64,000 bases of DNA from an uncultured bacterium (GTDB lineage: Bacteria > Oederibacteriota > PGYV01 > CAWJRG01), in assembly GCA_963845185.1 (NCBI GenBank), contig CAWJRG010000010.1:96001-160000 (forward strand), read 5' to 3'. Of the stretch, positions 58,611 through 64,000 are shown one piece after another. A program made the translations under genes and the position numbers. Position 1 is the stretch's first letter; each line of letters starts with the position of its first letter. A model generated the notes under the pieces. It was not told the origin of the DNA and ran no database searches. It saw nothing but the letters and a program-made list of their open reading frames with translations.

Positions 58611-59144
58611 TCACCTTCGCTGGCGGCGGCTCGAGCCGGAATCGCCTGTATTCATAATATATCTTTTATATGGCCCGAGCAAATCGTTTATATGCTTTTC
58701 TTTTCCGCTGTCAAGGAACACGGCGCCGCACTCATCGCAGATATCAACCTGCATCTGGCCTATTTTTTTCGAAGGCATTTTCTTTCCGCAAAAAGGGCAT
58801 ATCAAAAAAGGCGGCTTTTCCCTTTTCTCAAAATACGGAGGAGTGACGTGGTCCCTTTCAAGCTCGCCTGTCTCAATCTTTTTTGGGTCCATGGCCTGCA
58901 TTTTCATTAGTATCTCTTTTTTATATGCAGTACCTTCACACTCGGCGCAGTGAAGGATCTCGTATTTCCCCATTTTTGCCGGGTATATGGAAAGCTTGCA
59001 TATGGGACAATTAGTGAGTTTTTGGCCGATCCCGGCAGGCTCGGCAGCTGCCGCAAGGACATGCCTGCAGTTCGGGCAGAATTTTTCCTCTCCAATAAGT
59101 TCGTTATCGCACCTCGGGCACCTGCTTAATCCATGGCCTGTCAT
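58611..59144 (-). CDS. Multi-zinc-ribbon (zf-TFIIB-like) protein
   Basis: Six CxxC motifs; VDICDECGAVFLDSG. Confidence 0.7.
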   Translation of the reverse strand: MTGHGLSRCPRCDNELIGEEKFCPNCRHVLAAAAEPAGIGQKLTNCPICKLSIYPAKMGKYEILHCAECEGTAYKKEILMKMQAMDPKKIETGELERDHVTPPYFEKREKPPFLICPFCGKKMPSKKIGQMQVDICDECGAVFLDSGKEKHINDLLGPYKRYIMNTGDSGSSRRQRR

Positions 59145-59254
59145 AAACCCACCCGCTTTATATTTACTCCGATTTTTAAACTTTCAGGCATTTTTCACCA
59201 ATAATTTATTAGCATTTTCAATTAGGGTCCCCTGTGTTTCCCCATATCACTTGC

Positions 59255-60049
59255 TTAACCTTTATCCGGCACAAGCTCGCTTTTCAAAATCCTGAAGAAT
59301 TCCTCACGCGCTTCTTTTTCTATCCATGGTGTATGCCCGCAATTTTTTAAAAGCATGAATTTAAAATTTTTTAAGGCTCCTGATAACGGCTTTTCCACAC
59401 CCTCTGCCGGATGCGGATCATATGTCCCGTGAATGGCAACAACCGGGCAATTGACTTTTTTTACCGCATCCATAAGATTGCCGTCGCTGCGCATCCTTTC
59501 CGCTTCTTTCCATACACTGCTGTATATTTTAGCGTTTATCTCTGTCTTTTCGTTTTCATCTTCTATGGGCCTGTATACATCTGCTTTTGACATGAGCTCG
59601 CCTATCCTTATAAATATCTTATCCTTATTCCTCGCGGCCTTTTTTTCCATGGCATCCATAAGAAAATTAATCTCGTCTATCTCTCTTGTACTCAAACGTT
59701 TCATCCTCAACGCCTGGATTCCTCTCGCGTAACGCTCCTCAAAAGGCCCGCTGGATACAAGTATTATTTTTTTGACAAGCAAAGGGTTTCGCGACGCAAA
59801 TATCATTGACAGCCATGCACCCCAGGAATAGCCGATAAGGGTTATTGGAGGCGTGGAATTTTTTTCGATTATAAGCTTAAGTTCTTCTGCCTGCCCGGCC
59901 ACAGACAAGGCTGTCTGAAAAGGTTCCAGTACGCCGGTTTTTTTCGACAGCATACGCGCCACAGGCGCCATTTCACCGGCTGCGCCCGGCCCTCCGTGAA
60001 TAACCGCGACATTGTAGGGAGCATTTCCATATTTTCTAGGATTCTGCAT
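59255..60049 (-). CDS. Alpha/beta hydrolase
   Basis: HGGPG, GYSWG, HG.YD, CGH.PW.E. Start placed at MQNPR (60049). Confidence 0.85.
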   Translation of the reverse strand: MQNPRKYGNAPYNVAVIHGGPGAAGEMAPVARMLSKKTGVLEPFQTALSVAGQAEELKLIIEKNSTPPITLIGYSWGAWLSMIFASRNPLLVKKIILVSSGPFEERYARGIQALRMKRLSTREIDEINFLMDAMEKKAARNKDKIFIRIGELMSKADVYRPIEDENEKTEINAKIYSSVWKEAERMRSDGNLMDAVKKVNCPVVAIHGTYDPHPAEGVEKPLSGALKNFKFMLLKNCGHTPWIEKEAREEFFRILKSELVPDKG

Positions 60050-60155
60050 ATATTCCCTCACATGCAATAGATAGAACAACAGCTGACTAAGTTTACCTTG
60101 CCTTATGACTTATATTATAATCCACTTTACATCAATATTATAACTATTTTATTTA

Positions 60156-61295
60156 TTAATATTGATAAATTTGTGTCCATGTATTTCTGTCATCGTTATC
60201 ATCTGTGCCGAGTTCTCCCCAGCCATTAAATCCGGTTGCCCACAGGCTCCCGTCGCTTTTTAACGCCAGGCTGTGATAACCCCCTCCAGCTATCGCGCGC
60301 ACCCTGGTCAGTACTTTTGTAAATGTATTCCTGCCGTCATTGTCTCCTGTGCCAAGCTGCCCGTCATCATTCTTGCCCGTGTCCCACAGGCTCCCGTCGT
60401 TTTTCAGGGCCAAGCTGTGATATAATCCTCCTGCCAATATCTCTCTTACTCCAGACAATACCTGCACAAATTTATTACTATCTTCGTTGTTACCCGTGCC
60501 TAGCTCGCCTTCATCATTCCTCCCCGCTACCCACAAACTTCCGTCGCTTTTTAAAACCAGGCTGTCCCATTCGCCTGCCGCTGTCATGCTTACTCCTGTC
60601 ATTACCTGCACAAATTTATTCCTATTTTTATTGCCTCGGGCCCAGCCACGTCCGTAATAATTATTATACCCTGTTACCAATAAACTTCCATCGTTTTTCA
60701 AGGCAAGGCTGTAATCGCCGCTCCCTGCTATCGCGCTAACCCCGGTCAGTACTTTTGTGAATATATATCTGTCATTGTCATCCCCTGTCCCAAGCTGTCC
60801 ATAATAATTTTTACCCGCAGCCCACAGGCTGCCGTCACTTTTCAGCGCCAGGCTGTGATATTCGCCTGCCGCTATTGCAATAACACCTGTCAGTACTTTA
60901 ATAAATTTATTCCTGTCCGTATTATTGCCTATGCCGAAATTGCCCCAGCTGTTATCCCCGGTCGCCCATAGACTTCCGTCTTTCTTTAAGGCCAAGCTAA
61001 ACCATCCTCCGCATGCCATCGCGGTTACATCTGTCAGTACTTTGACAAATGTATTCCTGTGATCGTTATTATCCCCTGTTCCAAGCTGGCCGTCGTCATT
61101 TTTTCCTGCTGCCCATAGACTGCCGTCTTTCTTCAGCGCCAGGCTGTGGTACAACCCTGCAGCTATTTTTATAGCTGTAAAAGGGGCTTTTTTTTCGGTA
61201 ACCTTATCCCCGGATAATTCCGCCGTTTTTATAGTTTTGCCACATATAAAAAACAAAGCTAAAATTATTGCCAGCATGACTGTAATTTTTTTCAT
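60156..61295 (-). CDS. Exported RCC1/BLIP-II repeat beta-propeller protein
   Basis: Signal peptide; seven AG.YHSLALK.DGSLW..G.N..GQLG.G repeats. Confidence 0.88.
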   Translation of the reverse strand: MKKITVMLAIILALFFICGKTIKTAELSGDKVTEKKAPFTAIKIAAGLYHSLALKKDGSLWAAGKNDDGQLGTGDNNDHRNTFVKVLTDVTAMACGGWFSLALKKDGSLWATGDNSWGNFGIGNNTDRNKFIKVLTGVIAIAAGEYHSLALKSDGSLWAAGKNYYGQLGTGDDNDRYIFTKVLTGVSAIAGSGDYSLALKNDGSLLVTGYNNYYGRGWARGNKNRNKFVQVMTGVSMTAAGEWDSLVLKSDGSLWVAGRNDEGELGTGNNEDSNKFVQVLSGVREILAGGLYHSLALKNDGSLWDTGKNDDGQLGTGDNDGRNTFTKVLTRVRAIAGGGYHSLALKSDGSLWATGFNGWGELGTDDNDDRNTWTQIYQY

Positions 61296-61387
61296 TTTCT
61301 TTCCCCGGGGATAAATTTTTAATCTTTTAAAAATATAATATTTATTTTAAAAACTTTAATTTATAAAAATAAACCCAAACACCGCGA

Positions 61388-64000
61388 TTATTTTTTCTTT
61401 TCCTTCTTATTTATTTGTTGAACAGTAGTTTCCCCTGCTTCTGCAAGTTCTTTTATAACATCTTTTACTTCCTGCATATGCTTGCGGTTCTCAAAAACAG
61501 ACATCAGGCTGTATGCGCAGGGTATAACAAAAAGAGTAAGCATTGTCGAGAATATAACCCCGCCTATTACGACGATTGCCATTGGTACCCTTGTTTCCGC
61601 TCCGTGACCTACGGCAAGCGCGGATGGTATTGCGGCTGCTACTGTAGCTGTGGATGTCATAATAATCGGCCTTAACCTGATGGGACATGCGTTCAGAAGC
61701 GCTTCCTTCAGGCTCATGCCTGCTTCCCTGCGCTGGTTGGTGAAATCAACAAGCAAAATTGAATTCTTTTTCACTATGCCCATTAGCAGTATTATACCTA
61801 TCGCGCTGTATAAGTTAAGGGTCTTGCCTGAAACAGTAAGCGCCACAATGGCGCCGGATACGGAAAAAGGCAGGGCAAGCAATACAATAACCGGATGAAG
61901 AAAGCTGTTGAACTGCGAGCCGAGCACCATGTACGCCACAAATATTCCCAGTATAAGGGCAATTCCAAGGCTGGTGAAAGCTTCATTGAAAGTCTGCGAA
62001 CCTCCGGTAAAAGATATCCTGTAACCTTCTGGTAATTTTTTCGCCAACTCCTGCACGGCTTTCATTGCCTCTCCCTGCGAACTGCCCGGCGCGATATTTG
62101 CGAACATCCTTATTGCCCTTTCCCGGTTTTCCCTTGTTATGGAAAACACGGCTGGATTGACCTCGACTTTCGCGACATCAGACAGCTTCACAAGGTCCCC
62201 CTGCATGTTCCTGATCCATTGTTTATTTAAAAATTCAACGGCATTTCTCTTGTTGTCTTCCAGCTCCACTTCGACATAATATCTTTTGCCGTTCTTTGTC
62301 CATTTTGCCACCTGATATTCGCCGAAAAGGTAATTGATTGTATTACCTATATTGGCCACGGTTACTCCGTGCGCTGCTGCTTTTTTCATGTCAGGGACAA
62401 CAACAGCCTCCAGAGCGCCTTTCTTATAATCCGTATCCGCGTCCACCATTGTCCCTGTCTTTTCCATATCGTTTTTCATTGATGCTGCAATATCCGCCAG
62501 CTTATCCCAGTCCTCTCCTATTAAAACGAATTCAACCGGGGATCCCCTTTTTGCTGTGAACCCCGCAAGGGAATTGTCAAACATGCTTACCACCAGAACA
62601 CCAGGAATCTTTTTTATATCCTGCCTCATGGCGTTCATGATTTCCCCCTGTTTCATCCGCCTGTGCAGCTTTTTATCTATGGGCCTGTCCATTAATTGCT
62701 TCAGTGTTACGGACATCATCCCGCCACCCATCCATAAGTACGAATAATAACCCACAACATCCGGCCTTTCAGATATTATTTTCTCAGCTTTTTTCATGAC
62801 TTCGTCGGTAAATTCTATTGATGTACCGACAGGAGTCTGTATCCTGACCATTACAAGGGACTGGTCCTGCGAAGGCACAAATTCCTTTTTTACAACAGTA
62901 AATAAAAACAATGATACCGCGAATAGCGTGAATGCCGTGATAATAACTTTCCATCTGTTGCCAAAGCACCATGTCAGCGCTTTTACATACCATTTCCTGA
63001 ATCCGTCCATAAAAACATCCATAAACGGCTTTTTACCGGTCTCATGGTGCGATGGCAGGTATTGAGAACAGAACATCGGGGTTATTGTTAGCGCGCCGAG
63101 TAGCGATATAGCCACAGCCGACGATATTGTTATGCCAAACTGGAAAAAATACCTTCCAACAACCCCTTGCATAAATAGTACCGGTACAAAAATAGCCAGG
63201 ATTGCCAGAGTGGCTGCCAGCGCAGCGAATGTTATCTCCTTTGAGCCTTTTATGGCCGCGCCTATGCGCGTTTCGCCTCCCTCCCTGTGCCTTGATATAT
63301 TCTCCAGCACCATTATGGCGTCATCTACAACTATGCCTATGACAAGCGACAATCCGAGAAAAGTAAATGTATTCAGGGTAAAACCGCATAATTTAATCAC
63401 AAACAATGCGCCGAAAAGCGACATAGGTATGGTTAAAAATATGTTTACAGCCGAAATAAACGAGCCGAGGAACAGCCAGCATACAAGTGCCGTTAGCACC
63501 ATAGATATTATAAGCACAAACCTCATGTCGCTTGCGTTATCCTCGATAAACCTGGTAGTGTCGAATCTCACGGCTAATTTTAAGCCTTTGGGCATGTATT
63601 TCTGAATATCATCCACTCTTTTTTTTATGGCATGCGCCACTTCGACTGCGTTTACACCCGGTTGTTTGACTATGCCGAGCCCGACGGCAAACTGGCCGTT
63701 TGCCCTGCTGATATTTACATTATCCTGCAGCCCGTCCTCTTCCCTTGATATATCGCGCAGGAATATTTTGTTCCATATCGGAGCCCCGCCCCTGTTTGGT
63801 ATGGTTATTTCTTCGAATTGCTTTGTGCTGGTAGCTTCGCCCGGCACGCGTATTGTTATCTGCTTTTCCCCCGTGTCTATAAAACCCGCAGGCACTTCCT
63901 GGTGTTCCTGTGTTACGGCTGATACAACGTCGTTTGCTGTTATCTCTTTTTTTTGCATTTTGTCCGGGTCCAGCCATATACGGAAAGCCGGCGCAAGATA
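61388..64000 (-). CDS. RND efflux permease subunit (AcrB/AcrD/AcrF family), 5' end outside the window
   Basis: IGIVVDDAI..ENI, GIVKKNSIL, RLRPIIMT; the frame stays open to 64000 (..FRIWLDP..). Confidence 0.93.
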   Translation of the reverse strand, partial: YLAPAFRIWLDPDKMQKKEITANDVVSAVTQEHQEVPAGFIDTGEKQITIRVPGEATSTKQFEEITIPNRGGAPIWNKIFLRDISREEDGLQDNVNISRANGQFAVGLGIVKQPGVNAVEVAHAIKKRVDDIQKYMPKGLKLAVRFDTTRFIEDNASDMRFVLIISMVLTALVCWLFLGSFISAVNIFLTIPMSLFGALFVIKLCGFTLNTFTFLGLSLVIGIVVDDAIMVLENISRHREGGETRIGAAIKGSKEITFAALAATLAILAIFVPVLFMQGVVGRYFFQFGITISSAVAISLLGALTITPMFCSQYLPSHHETGKKPFMDVFMDGFRKWYVKALTWCFGNRWKVIITAFTLFAVSLFLFTVVKKEFVPSQDQSLVMVRIQTPVGTSIEFTDEVMKKAEKIISERPDVVGYYSYLWMGGGMMSVTLKQLMDRPIDKKLHRRMKQGEIMNAMRQDIKKIPGVLVVSMFDNSLAGFTAKRGSPVEFVLIGEDWDKLADIAASMKNDMEKTGTMVDADTDYKKGALEAVVVPDMKKAAAHGVTVANIGNTINYLFGEYQVAKWTKNGKRYYVEVELEDNKRNAVEFLNKQWIRNMQGDLVKLSDVAKVEVNPAVFSITRENRERAIRMFANIAPGSSQGEAMKAVQELAKKLPEGYRISFTGGSQTFNEAFTSLGIALILGIFVAYMVLGSQFNSFLHPVIVLLALPFSVSGAIVALTVSGKTLNLYSAIGIILLMGIVKKNSILLVDFTNQRREAGMSLKEALLNACPIRLRPIIMTSTATVAAAIPSALAVGHGAETRVPMAIVVIGGVIFSTMLTLFVIPCAYSLMSVFENRKHMQEVKDVIKELAEAGETTVQQINKKEKKK

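Noticed and set aside
60156..61170. ~150-bp DNA repeats as a non-coding array
   Set aside because: Fully explained by RCC1 protein repeats; the same applies to the Kelch repeats at 47467-48360.
266..63977. Numerous short antisense or alternate-frame ORFs in the six-frame track
   Set aside because: They are shadows of well-supported genes, with no independent RBS or motif support.

Overview
Chromosomal window from a moderately AT-rich diderm bacterium. LPS heptosyltransferases, sigma54 promoters, RNase Y/YmdB and Thr-Pro-rich secreted proteins with a FlgD/T9SS-like C-terminus suggest, by inference only, an uncultured lineage such as Goldbacteria, Firestonebacteria or Elusimicrobia. In order, it holds mazG (partial), a spermidine-synthase-like membrane protein, argB-D-F-G-H, a divergent 6S RNA-rny-ymdB-DUF2723 unit, a MarR/EmrAB efflux cassette, marC, a GH59 hydrolase and a 1545-aa NHL surface protein. 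Next come LPS/EPS sugar genes, tRNA-Leu/tRNA-Arg-tig-clpP-clpX-lon (lon has a 1-nt frameshift), a CHASE2 adenylate cyclase with a FecR-domain gene, tRNA-Lys and tRNA-Arg. After these are two sigma54 nitrogen operons (exported protein / APC permease-PII fusion / PII, and amtB-glnK), a second DUF2723 gene, a B12 radical SAM, a Zn-ribbon protein, a hydrolase, an RCC1 protein and a partial RND permease. The most striking unannotated signal is a duplicated ~85-nt terminator-ended element behind each free PII gene. Its 20-nt pyrimidine-rich core is complementary to the amtB Shine-Dalgarno and AUG, making it a candidate 3'-UTR sRNA feedback loop. Both operons also carry paired dyads 30 bp apart (three exact TGATTA-N5-TAATCA, one variant). 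Other non-coding signals are a composite GA-hairpin repeat family (4 copies), GTAG REPs, a tRNA-3'-mimic insertion, an ECF-promoter/anti-SD sRNA candidate and a ~200-nt rod upstream of rny. All calls come from reading the sequence; no searches or folding programs were run.
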